The translations under genes were made by a program, and so were the position numbers. 64,000 nt of DNA from assembly GCF_033971905.1 (NCBI RefSeq), contig NZ_JALBUT010000004.1, forward strand, positions 136,942 to 200,941. Reading direction: 5' to 3'. Of this stretch, positions 48,051 through 57,444 are shown one piece after another. Source of the DNA: Intestinicryptomonas porci. Its GTDB lineage: Bacteria; Verrucomicrobiota; Verrucomicrobiia; Opitutales; Intestinicryptomonadaceae. Position 1 is the stretch's first letter, and every line of letters begins with the position of its first letter. The notes beneath the pieces were generated by a model, which was not told the DNA's origin, did not search any database, and saw only the letters and a program-made list of their open reading frames with translations.

Positions 48051-48086
48051 ATAAAAAACGGGAGACTGCAATTGCAATCTCCCGTG
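48051..48086 (-). terminator. rho-independent terminator after the GH2 gene
   Basis: Stem acgggaga/tctcccgt with loop ctgcaattgcaa is followed on the minus strand by a T-run (plus-strand ataaaaaa). Confidence 0.6.
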
Positions 48087-48118
48087 AAACTTTTATGTGA
48101 AGCTCGTTTTAAGGCAGA

Positions 48119-51100
48119 TTATTCAGCCGCCAAAACTTTGAGCATATTTGAAAGCAGACGCCCCGCGATTGGGTCCGTCAACGCCTTATCGGTGCACATT
48201 TCAGAAACCAGCGCCTTGCCCTTGCCGTCATTTATCTGAATGAGCGGGAAACCTCGCATGGATTCTATTTTCTTTATGCGGTCTTCAGGCTTTCCTCCGT
48301 CGATGTAGGCGTGGATTTTCATCTGACCTGCAAGCTCTTTTACGTTTTCGTTGCGCACGATTTTCAATGTCGCGCTGCAAGCTTTCGGGATTTCACGCTT
48401 GTTGTTGTTGAAGTAGCGAAGCTGCATTTCGCCAATGCCGTTAAATACAGGATCGTCTTCTCGCTCCATTACGACAATATCGCCTTCGGTCGGGATAATC
48501 CAGCTTGTGATGTATTCGGGATAGGTTTTCTTTGCCGCTTCCTTGCTGTTTAGAAACAAAATTCTGCCTCCCTTTTGCTGGAACGAGCGCAGGGCTTTCG
48601 CGTCTTCATCGGAAATATCGACGTTGCCGGAAATCACCAAAACGCTCGAATTTTTGGATTTAAGCAATTCTGCGACATTGTTTACCTTGCGATATTTCAC
48701 GCCCAAGAAGTCCAGTTGGGATTTTGCGTCGTTGCCGTCCAAAAGCACAATGTCGCGCTTGGCTTTGAAGGGGGTTACGCTCCACTGTTTTTTGGCGATA
48801 TTCAAGTCGTACCAATTTTGTGAAATCACCTTTCCGCCTTCCGAAAGCGAAAGCTTCAACTTGGCGGCAACCTTGCCTTTCACGTCGGGAATTTTAATTT
48901 CCGGCTCGATGTATTTGCGACCATAATATTCGATTTCCGGGAAGTTGACAGTTCCGCTTGCCAAAGACTTGCCAGCAACATCAATTGACCAGTTCAATAC
49001 TGTCGGCTTCAACGCTCTGCCCTTTTCGTTGTCGTTTACGACATAAATACGAGTGTGCAATTTTTCGCCCGAATAAACGTTTCTGCCCCAAAGCTCCGCG
49101 CTCACCAAGACGGGCTGCATTGCGCGCTTCATAGCAAAATATGTGGGATAAGGCTCAATGTTTTCGGCGTCGTAGCACTGCCTGAACCATGTCATGTACG
49201 CAAAGTGCATAATGCCCGAAGCCTTTTCGTTTGTCCTGCGCAAAGTTTCCGCAAGTTCGCCCGTAGTAAACGCCTGCGTCTTTAAGAAATAATCGGGATT
49301 TGCAAAGTCGTACGCCTTGTAGCCGATTAGAGTGAAGGGATTTTGGTGAATCAGCTGGTATGAGCGCGTCGGATGCCCCGTTTCGTTGTTGGGATAGCCC
49401 GTTGACATTTCCTGAGAAATCAAAGGTCTGCCTTCCGTCTTAAACGACTTTTGGAATTCGCCGTTGAAGAACTTGAAAACCGTGTGGTCATACCAGTTGT
49501 AGTATGCGTGGTTGTCGTCTATGTCGCCATCGTCAACAGTGCTCATAAAATCCGCACCGAACCTGCGCAAACCGTTTTTATGCATATAGTTGGAGTCGAA
49601 GCATATCGGGCGTGTCGGGTCGATTTTACGGGTTTCTTTCGTTACGTCGGAAATGATGGTAAACTTCTTCTTCGCCCTTTCCAAGTCCGCGTCGAGGTCG
49701 TAAAACTTCATTTCGTTGTTCGTTGTCCAGAAGAGTACTGATGGGTGGTTGCGATACTTTTTGATTACTTGCAGCCATTCGGTACGCCACAAATTCATTA
49801 CGGCGTCGTTTGGAATGGGAGTTGAGTGAATCATAAGCCACGACCAAGTTCCCTCAAAGCTGATTCCTATGCCGTTTCTGTCGGCGGCGGAAACCCAAAG
49901 CTCGTTCCAAGGCGTTGTGTGTGTGCGGGTAATCTGCACATTGCCATCTTTCATCAAAGACATAAATTTATCCGCAAGCTTTTCGTCGTTCGGGCGAAGC
50001 GCAAACGGAATGTGGTTGCCGCCGCGCAACCAGAATTTGCGCCCGTTCAGATAAAGGAAGCCGTCCTTGCGCGCCTCGAATGTGCGGAAGCCCGAAACAA
50101 TGTTTAAAGAATCCAAAACGTTTTTGCCTGACGACAAAGCGAACTTGAAGTCGTACAAATTCGGAGTTGTCGGCTCCCAAAGTTTGGGCTTTAAGTTTTT
50201 GACGTCAAAAGTGAATGTCTTTTCTTCGCCCGCTTTCAAGGTCTGCCCTTTCAATACAGGGGCGGAAAAAATCGATTTGCCATCGGATTTATCGGCAATG
50301 TTGGCAAAAATGTCGAACGTGGTTTTTTTGCTTGAATTATTCTTTGCGGTAAGCTCGAAAGACGCCCCGTCAAGCGAAGGCTTTATAAAGACGTCTTCAA
50401 TTCTGACAGGGTCGGTAATTACAAGCTTTACGGGCTGCCAAATTCCCGCGGGATTGTCGCCGTAGAAGCAGTGCGGAATGTCGGTTACGACTTCCTTGTT
50501 CGCCTGCTTGTCGTCCTTGTTGTCGCCGACATCTTTGCGGACAGAGGAATAGTAATTTTCCATGGCGTCGCTCGTCTGCGCCGCCGCGCCCTGAATGTCG
50601 CGGATAACTTTTACAACAATCAAATTTCTTCCGGCTTTCAATTTGCCCGTTGCGTCAACGTTGAAATCGCCGAACATGCCTATGTGCGAGCCTGCCAATT
50701 CGCCGTTTATGTAAACTTCGGCAGTTTTGGACACCGCGTCAAAGTGAAGCTCCAAATGCTTGCCTTCGATTTCCCTCGGAAGCTCCACCCACTGGCGATA
50801 CCATGCCGCCCCTGTCTTCTTATAGTCGAAAGTGTAATTTTCGCAACGGTCGGTTTCTGACTGGTAATATTTGTCGGAAACGCCCTTCGCTTCGTGCCCG
50901 TTCGCCGCTTTCATTGTTTCGCCGTGAAGCCAAATGCGGATGGGATTCCAAAAGCTCGGAACCTGCATGACATGCCAGTTGTTATCGTCAACGGAAGTCG
51001 AAACCGCCTTGGTCTTGTCGTTTAACTGGTATTCGGGCATAAAGAGCCAGTCTCCGTCAAGCGAAATTTCCGTGCGCGGCTTTGAAACATCGTCCAATTT

Positions 51101-51799
51101 CTTGCCCGCGTACTTTGTGCGTTCCTGCTTGCGCTTTTCTTCCTTTTGGGAATCCGTCAATTTTTGCACAAATTCAGTCTTTGGCTTTATTCCCTTGAAT
51201 GCGTCATCAGGCAAAGGCTTGATTTCAAGATCGTCAAATTCGGTTGAAATCCAGCTGCCGCCCAAAGTCACACCGCCGCTCGGAGCAAGGTCGGAGTTAT
51301 TGTCGATAACGTCAATTCTCGGGAGAATTTCATCGCCCAAAAATACGCGTATGCGATTGCCGCAAACATCGATTCTCATTTTGTACCACTGCCCTACTTC
51401 GGGATGGAAACGCAAGGGGCGCGTAGCCAAAAACTCGTCGGTGCCCATGTACCCGAGGCGCATCAAATAGATTTGGTCGAGGAGTCCGCCCTTGATGCCC
51501 ACGACGTAGCGGTCGAAGCGGTTATTGTTTCTAAACCCCGCCCAGATTTGCACTTGCTCGGCGTCTTTCGGCGCGCGCGCCTTGAAAGAAAACGAGTAAT
51601 TTTTAAGCTCCTTGCCGCCAAAGCATGCGTAATTGTCTTTTGAAACCAAAACGCCGTTTGCAATCTTGGTTTCCCCTCTGCCAACCGTTTCAAGTTTTGA
51701 AGCGGATTTTGAAAAATCATTTTTGTAGGCAAGGTTGTCGGCAAATAAAAACCCCGAAACCAATGCCCCCCCGAACAATAGAAGAGATATTTTTTTCAT
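48119..51799 (-). CDS. large exported glycoside hydrolase family 2 protein with an N-terminal DUF1080/LamG-like domain
   Basis: A signal peptide precedes the GH2 sugar-binding-domain signature EVYINGELAGSHIGMFGDFNVDATGKLKAGRNLIVVKV. The product is 1226 aa. Confidence 0.7.
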   Translation of the reverse strand: MKKISLLLFGGALVSGFLFADNLAYKNDFSKSASKLETVGRGETKIANGVLVSKDNYACFGGKELKNYSFSFKARAPKDAEQVQIWAGFRNNNRFDRYVVGIKGGLLDQIYLMRLGYMGTDEFLATRPLRFHPEVGQWYKMRIDVCGNRIRVFLGDEILPRIDVIDNNSDLAPSGGVTLGGSWISTEFDDLEIKPLPDDAFKGIKPKTEFVQKLTDSQKEEKRKQERTKYAGKKLDDVSKPRTEISLDGDWLFMPEYQLNDKTKAVSTSVDDNNWHVMQVPSFWNPIRIWLHGETMKAANGHEAKGVSDKYYQSETDRCENYTFDYKKTGAAWYRQWVELPREIEGKHLELHFDAVSKTAEVYINGELAGSHIGMFGDFNVDATGKLKAGRNLIVVKVIRDIQGAAAQTSDAMENYYSSVRKDVGDNKDDKQANKEVVTDIPHCFYGDNPAGIWQPVKLVITDPVRIEDVFIKPSLDGASFELTAKNNSSKKTTFDIFANIADKSDGKSIFSAPVLKGQTLKAGEEKTFTFDVKNLKPKLWEPTTPNLYDFKFALSSGKNVLDSLNIVSGFRTFEARKDGFLYLNGRKFWLRGGNHIPFALRPNDEKLADKFMSLMKDGNVQITRTHTTPWNELWVSAADRNGIGISFEGTWSWLMIHSTPIPNDAVMNLWRTEWLQVIKKYRNHPSVLFWTTNNEMKFYDLDADLERAKKKFTIISDVTKETRKIDPTRPICFDSNYMHKNGLRRFGADFMSTVDDGDIDDNHAYYNWYDHTVFKFFNGEFQKSFKTEGRPLISQEMSTGYPNNETGHPTRSYQLIHQNPFTLIGYKAYDFANPDYFLKTQAFTTGELAETLRRTNEKASGIMHFAYMTWFRQCYDAENIEPYPTYFAMKRAMQPVLVSAELWGRNVYSGEKLHTRIYVVNDNEKGRALKPTVLNWSIDVAGKSLASGTVNFPEIEYYGRKYIEPEIKIPDVKGKVAAKLKLSLSEGGKVISQNWYDLNIAKKQWSVTPFKAKRDIVLLDGNDAKSQLDFLGVKYRKVNNVAELLKSKNSSVLVISGNVDISDEDAKALRSFQQKGGRILFLNSKEAAKKTYPEYITSWIIPTEGDIVVMEREDDPVFNGIGEMQLRYFNNNKREIPKACSATLKIVRNENVKELAGQMKIHAYIDGGKPEDRIKKIESMRGFPLIQINDGKGKALVSEMCTDKALTDPIAGRLLSNMLKVLAAE

Positions 51800-52020
51800 A
51801 CGATTGAGAAGTTAAAAATGTGGATATTTAATTCAAGCAAAAACTTTTATTAAAATCAGAAAAAACACTTAGCCTAAAAACCGCGCCTTGTAAATCCAAA
51901 AATACCGGCCCATAAAATCGGACGCAAAAGCAAACGGCTCTCATTTGTCGGTTTTTAAACTTGACCGAAAACGCAAAGCAAATAAATTGAAAAAAATAAG
52001 AATAAAGGAATTTTTTCCGT

Positions 52021-52977
52021 ATGAAAATAGACAACTTGAAAATATTTTCAGGGCGTGCAAACCCTGATTTGGCGAAGAAAATATGCGCGCATCTCTCTGC
52101 GCCGCTCGGCTCTGTCGTGACTGAAACTTTCCCCGACAGCGAAACTTATGTTCAAATTCTCGACCATATCAGAGGCGACGACGTTTTTATCATTCAGCCG
52201 ACCTGCCGCCCCACAAACGACAATTTGATGGAGCTTTTGATAATGATTGACGCCGCCCGCCGCGCATCCGCATCGCGCATCACGGCAGTTGTCCCCTTCT
52301 TCGGCTATGCCCGTCAAGACCGCAAGGACAAGCCCGGAGTCCCAATCACCTCAAAACTCGTGTCAAATCTGTTGGTTGCGGCAAAAATAGACAGAATTTT
52401 AACTCTCGACCTGCACGCCCAGCAAATACCCGGATTTTTCGACATACCCTGCGACCATCTCTATTCTTCGCCCGTTATTTACGACTATTTGAAGAAGAAC
52501 ATGGACATTTCAAACCTCACCGTGTTTTCCCCCGATGTCGGCGGCTTAAAGCGCGCGCAAAGCTTTTCAAAGCTGTTTGAATGCCCCCTCGGCTTCATCG
52601 CAAAACGCAGGGTTAGCGCGGAGCATGTCGAAGCTTCCAACCTCGTTGGGGAAGTTGAAGGCAAGGACATTCTGCTTGTTGACGACATGACGGAAACCGC
52701 AGGCACGCTCGTTGCGGCGGCAAAACTTTTGCGCGAAAGAAATCCGAAGTCGGTAAGAGCTGCGGTATCCCACGCCGTTTTGACGGACAAGGCTTACGAA
52801 CGCCTTTCGGACGGGCTTTTGGACGAGTTAATTGTAACAGACTCCACTCCTCCGAGCCCCAAATACGCGGATTATCCGATAACCGTTTTATCGGTAGCCC
52901 CGCTCTTGGCGGAAGCCATTTTGAGGGTGCACAACAATATGTCGGTTACTTCGCTTTTCAAAATCAAAGGCTTCTAA
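52021..52977 (+). CDS. prs: ribose-phosphate pyrophosphokinase
   Basis: The PRPP-binding loop LVDDMTETAGT is present; the product is 318 aa. Confidence 0.9.
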   Translation: MKIDNLKIFSGRANPDLAKKICAHLSAPLGSVVTETFPDSETYVQILDHIRGDDVFIIQPTCRPTNDNLMELLIMIDAARRASASRITAVVPFFGYARQDRKDKPGVPITSKLVSNLLVAAKIDRILTLDLHAQQIPGFFDIPCDHLYSSPVIYDYLKKNMDISNLTVFSPDVGGLKRAQSFSKLFECPLGFIAKRRVSAEHVEASNLVGEVEGKDILLVDDMTETAGTLVAAAKLLRERNPKSVRAAVSHAVLTDKAYERLSDGLLDELIVTDSTPPSPKYADYPITVLSVAPLLAEAILRVHNNMSVTSLFKIKGF

Positions 52978-52980
52978 AAC

Positions 52981-54744
52981 ATGTCAAACATTTGGTTTCA
53001 CCCTGCCAAGTCGATAGAAAAAATCGCAAGCTCGGTCGCGAAAGAATGCTTTGGAGGCGAATTTGACGCTTCCGTACGCGCCGCAGATCCGCGCTTTGCC
53101 GATTTCCAGATAAACGGCGCACTTCCATTTGCGAAAAAAGCAAAGAAAAATCCGCGCGAAATCGCCTCGAACTTTGTCGAAGAGCTGAAAAAAAGCGGTC
53201 GCTTTGACGAAAGCCTCGTTGAAATTTCAATCGCGGGTCCCGGATTTGTAAACTTCAAGCTCTCTGCCGAATTTCTCTTAAAGTGGCTTGGCAGATACAA
53301 GGGTGAAGCAGCTTTAAAAGACGCCGCAAAAAGTTTTTATAACGGCAAAAAAGTCGTGATAGACTTCCCGTCGCCAAATACCGCGAAACAAATGCACGTC
53401 GGGCATTTGCGTCCGATGGTAATAGGCGAAACAATCCAAAGGCTTCTGCGCTTTTGCGGAGCCGACATGATTTGCGACAACCATATCGGCGACTGGGGAA
53501 CGAACTTCGGAATATTGATTTACGGCATAAAATCCGAAAACTACAAGCTTGACCCAGAAAACGAAAACGCGCTTGAAGACTTGGAAAGAATGTACAAGGC
53601 GGGCTCTGCAAAGGCAAAGGAAGATCCGTCCTGCGCCGACGCCGCACGCGACGAGCTCGTAAAGCTTCAAAACGGGGACCCCGAAAACACCAAACTTTGG
53701 AACGACATCGTAAAAATAAGCAAAATTTCTTTCGACAAAATGTATGAAAGAATGTCGCTTACAATAGACACGACTTTGGGCGAAAGCTTTTACCGCGATA
53801 AAGTCGGCAGAATTTACGATGAACTTACCGAAATCGGTCTCGCATGCGAAGACCAAGGTGCGTTGGTTGTATTTTTGAAAGACCACGAAAGGTTTGCGAA
53901 ACAGCCGTTTATCATACGCAAAAAAGACGGGGCTTCTAACTACGCTTCAACGGATTTGGCAACGGTTTTGTACAGGGTCGAACACTTCGGTGCGGAAGAA
54001 ATTGTTTACGTCACCGACGGACGCCAGCAAGACCATTTCCAACAGCTGTTTTTGACGGTAGGAAAGTGGTTCGACGCAAAAGGATACCGCAAGCCCGAAT
54101 TGCGCCATGTGTGGTTTGGCACAATTTTGGGAGAGGACGGCAAGGCAATCAAAACAAAAAGTGGCGAGCCTGTAAAATTGAAGTCTCTTTTGGACGAAGC
54201 AGTCGCAAGGGCTGAAAAAATCGTATTGGCGAAAACTCCCGACATGCCAAAAGACGAAATCAAAAAAATAGCCGAAACCGTCGGCGTCGGAGCATTGCGC
54301 TATGCGGACTTGTCGCAAAACCGTTCGGGCGACTATGTGTTCTCGTGGGATAAAATGCTCGCCTTTGAAGGCAATACCGCGCCCTACCTGCTTTATGCCG
54401 TCGCAAGAATACACTCGATTTTCCGCAAAATAGGAGTTCAAGAAAATTCCGATTTTGAAAACGATGCGGCAAATCTTGAAACTCCGCAGGAAATCGAGCT
54501 TGCGCGAAAGCTTATCGCGCTTCCGGGCGTGTTTGACTTAACTCTCGCCGAATTGCGCCCCCACCTGCTCTGCACTTATTTATACGAGCTTGCGGGAGTT
54601 TTCTCAACTTTCTACAACGCAAACAAGGTGATAGTGGAAGACAAGGCGGTCATGGCAAAACGTCTGATGCTCTGTGCAAGAACGATGGAAATCCTCGAAA
54701 CCGGGCTTAGACTTCTTGCGATAGAGCCTCTGCAAAAGATGTAA
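52981..54744 (+). CDS. argS: arginine--tRNA ligase
   Basis: The class-I HIGH motif sits in PNTAKQMHVGHLRP, and a C-terminal DALR anticodon-binding region is present. The product is 587 aa. Confidence 0.9.
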   Translation: MSNIWFHPAKSIEKIASSVAKECFGGEFDASVRAADPRFADFQINGALPFAKKAKKNPREIASNFVEELKKSGRFDESLVEISIAGPGFVNFKLSAEFLLKWLGRYKGEAALKDAAKSFYNGKKVVIDFPSPNTAKQMHVGHLRPMVIGETIQRLLRFCGADMICDNHIGDWGTNFGILIYGIKSENYKLDPENENALEDLERMYKAGSAKAKEDPSCADAARDELVKLQNGDPENTKLWNDIVKISKISFDKMYERMSLTIDTTLGESFYRDKVGRIYDELTEIGLACEDQGALVVFLKDHERFAKQPFIIRKKDGASNYASTDLATVLYRVEHFGAEEIVYVTDGRQQDHFQQLFLTVGKWFDAKGYRKPELRHVWFGTILGEDGKAIKTKSGEPVKLKSLLDEAVARAEKIVLAKTPDMPKDEIKKIAETVGVGALRYADLSQNRSGDYVFSWDKMLAFEGNTAPYLLYAVARIHSIFRKIGVQENSDFENDAANLETPQEIELARKLIALPGVFDLTLAELRPHLLCTYLYELAGVFSTFYNANKVIVEDKAVMAKRLMLCARTMEILETGLRLLAIEPLQKM

Positions 54745-54746
54745 AA

Positions 54747-55283
54747 ATGACCATTTCAACCAAAACGGGAGACGAAGGCACATGCTCTCTGATGTTCGGG
54801 GAGAGGGTTTTGAAGTCGTCGCAAAGAGTCTCGGCATACGGGGCTGTTGACGAGCTTTGCTCCGCTTTGGGGACGGTTAAGGCGAATTCAAAATCGGCAG
54901 ATTTCAAGTCTGAAATATCGGAAATTCAAAACGCGCTGATTATGCTTATGACCGAGCTTGCAACCTCGAACAAAAAATACGGCAAGCTTGCCGAAAAGAA
55001 CATAAAACTGCTTTCGGAAACAGACTTGAAAGCCGTCGAAAGCAAGGCTTCGCAAATTGAAAGCGACGGCGAAGTTTTCAAGGGATGGACGCTCGCGGGC
55101 GAAAATGTCTTGGACGCGGAGCTTAATATGGCGCGGACAATATGCCGAAGGGCGGAAAGGGAAATCGTCAAATTAAATTCCGAAGAGCCGCTTCCGCGAA
55201 AATTTATTTTGGCTTACATGAACAGGCTTTCCGACTTGCTTTATCTTTGGGGAGTTCTCGCGGCGAAAAATAAAATTTCTTAA
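54747..55283 (+). CDS. ATP:cob(I)alamin adenosyltransferase, PduO type
   Basis: The N-terminus MTISTKTGDEGTCSLMFGERV matches the PduO/MMAB-type ATR N-terminus; the product is 178 aa. Confidence 0.75.
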   Translation: MTISTKTGDEGTCSLMFGERVLKSSQRVSAYGAVDELCSALGTVKANSKSADFKSEISEIQNALIMLMTELATSNKKYGKLAEKNIKLLSETDLKAVESKASQIESDGEVFKGWTLAGENVLDAELNMARTICRRAEREIVKLNSEEPLPRKFILAYMNRLSDLLYLWGVLAAKNKIS

Positions 55284-55310
55284 ACCGCCTAAAATCCCGA
55301 TAGATTTAGT

Positions 55311-56180
55311 GTGGAAGAAAAAATAGCAATTTTCGGAGGCAGCGGATTTATCGGAAAAGAGCTTGCGCGTTTTTTAAAAAATTCGGGGCATGAAGTCCTG
55401 TTGGCTGACCGTAAAAATCCCGAAAGCCCGCTTTATTGGAATGCAAAAAGCGGAATTTTAAGCAAAAAAATCCTCGAAAACGCAACTGTAGTCATAAATC
55501 TTTCGGGTGAAAATATTTACGGACGGTGGACAAGCAGTAAAAAAAACGCAATTTTGTCAAGCAGAGTCTCTTCGACGGAATTTATCGCAAAAGAAATACA
55601 GTCTTTGAACCGACCTCCAAAGGTGTTCATAACTGCATCGGCAACAGGCTATTACGGAGCAAATCCAAATTTTGAATGCGATGAAAATTCCCCGAACGGC
55701 AACGGATTTCTCGCTTTTGTGTGCGCCCAAAACGAACAAGCCGCAAAAATTGCCTCGAACACGCGCGTAATCACGCTTCGGCAAGGTGTTGTCATAGGCA
55801 AAAACGGAGGAATGGTCAAAACATTAACTCCATTCTTTAAATGTTTTTTGGGCGCAAAAATTTCGGACGGAAACAACTATATGCCGTGGATTTCAATTCT
55901 CGATTTATTGAGAACATACGAATTTTTGATAAAAAACGAATTCATTTTCGGCGCGGTCAACGCAGTATCCCCTCTATATGCAAGAAATGCGGAATTTTCA
56001 GAAGCTCTTGCAAAATATTTGGATAGACCCCTGATGTTTTCCGTTCCCAAATGGATTATCCGCCTTTTTTTCGGAGAAATGGCAAATGAGCTGATTTTAT
56101 CAAATCAAAAGATTTTCCCCAAAAAACTTTTGGACGCAAATTTCAAATTCCATCAACCAAAAATAGAAGATGCACTCTGA
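55311..56180 (+). CDS. TIGR01777 (YfcH-like) NAD-dependent epimerase-family protein
   Basis: The Rossmann motif IAIFGGSGFIGKEL follows a GTG start; the product is 289 aa. Confidence 0.65.
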   Translation: MEEKIAIFGGSGFIGKELARFLKNSGHEVLLADRKNPESPLYWNAKSGILSKKILENATVVINLSGENIYGRWTSSKKNAILSSRVSSTEFIAKEIQSLNRPPKVFITASATGYYGANPNFECDENSPNGNGFLAFVCAQNEQAAKIASNTRVITLRQGVVIGKNGGMVKTLTPFFKCFLGAKISDGNNYMPWISILDLLRTYEFLIKNEFIFGAVNAVSPLYARNAEFSEALAKYLDRPLMFSVPKWIIRLFFGEMANELILSNQKIFPKKLLDANFKFHQPKIEDAL

Positions 56181-56182
56181 AT

Positions 56183-57334
56183 TCAAGCCTTAAAGCAGAG
56201 TTTGCCGCCCGCAAAAACAGCCAAAATGCGTGCGTTTTCGTCCAAAAGCGCAAAGTCCGCCCAAAAGTTTTCCTTAATCCGCCCCACTCCGCTTAAATTA
56301 AGGCTTTCTGCGACGTTTTTAGAGGCGCATTCGGCAATCTTTAAAACATGCCCGCCTGTTATTTTCGCAAAATTTTTAACGGCGTCGTTCATCTTTAAAA
56401 CGCTGCCTGCCAAAGCTCCGCCATCGCAAAGCCTCGCTTTTCCGTTTTTTACCGCTACCTTTAATCCGCCTAAAGTAGAAACGCCGTCTTTGAGCCACGA
56501 TGCCCTCATAGAGTCGGTAATCAAAATAATTTTTTCAAAATTCTTTTTCGCAAACACAAGTTTTAGCATGTCTTCCGAAAGATGTTTTTTGTCGGCGATT
56601 ATTTCAATCCATATATCGTCGAACAACAGCCCCGCCCCCGTAGAGCCTATATCGCGCGAAGTTATTTGGCTTTGGCGGTTCGCAAAATGCGTAATGCCTT
56701 TTAAGCCGAATTTCCGCGCGTTTGAAAACACGCCAAATCCCGCGGAAGAATGGGCGGAGCTTGGGAATATCCCCATATTAGAAATTTCCTTCAAGAAATT
56801 GCAGTCAAAGTCAAGCTCAGGCGCATAGGAAATTTTCTTTATCTTAAAAACATCGTTTAAATTTTTTACAAAGTCAATGTCGCAAGGCTTTAAAAATTCG
56901 GGATTTTGCGCGCCCGCCATTTTCGGATTTACAAACGGACCTTCCAAATGTATCCCCAAGAGCCTCGGCATCGACGAAAAATTCGCCTCTTCGTATTTTT
57001 TTGCGCATTCAAAGGATTTTTTCAGCGTTTCAAAAGGCAGGGAAAGCGTTGCGGGCAAAATTCCCGTTACGCCCTCTTTTAATTTTAATTTTGCAATCTC
57101 GTAAAGCGCATCAAAATCGCCGTCGCAAAAATCAAAGCCCCCCGCGCCGTGAAAATGGCAGTCGATGAATCCCGCGCTCAAAAACGCGCCACCCGCGTCG
57201 AAAACCGACTCTGCATTTTCGTCGATTTTTCTTGAAATGCGGGCAATTTTTCCGCCGTTTACGGAAATATCCGAAGGGCAAAATTCGTCAAATTCGTTTT
57301 TCAAAACGGCGTTTTTTATGATTAAATCATTCAT
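56183..57334 (-). CDS. nagA: N-acetylglucosamine-6-phosphate deacetylase
   Basis: The amidohydrolase metal-binding motif GFIDCHFHGAGG is present; the product is 383 aa. Confidence 0.75.
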   Translation of the reverse strand: MNDLIIKNAVLKNEFDEFCPSDISVNGGKIARISRKIDENAESVFDAGGAFLSAGFIDCHFHGAGGFDFCDGDFDALYEIAKLKLKEGVTGILPATLSLPFETLKKSFECAKKYEEANFSSMPRLLGIHLEGPFVNPKMAGAQNPEFLKPCDIDFVKNLNDVFKIKKISYAPELDFDCNFLKEISNMGIFPSSAHSSAGFGVFSNARKFGLKGITHFANRQSQITSRDIGSTGAGLLFDDIWIEIIADKKHLSEDMLKLVFAKKNFEKIILITDSMRASWLKDGVSTLGGLKVAVKNGKARLCDGGALAGSVLKMNDAVKNFAKITGGHVLKIAECASKNVAESLNLSGVGRIKENFWADFALLDENARILAVFAGGKLCFKA

Positions 57335-57444
57335 AATCCGTAAAAAAGTAAAATTCCATGCCGCGATTTTTGCAATTTTTTATTTGCGCTCATATTCTAA
57401 AAGTTTATCTTTCATATAAAAAAGTCCATACTTAAATTAAAAAA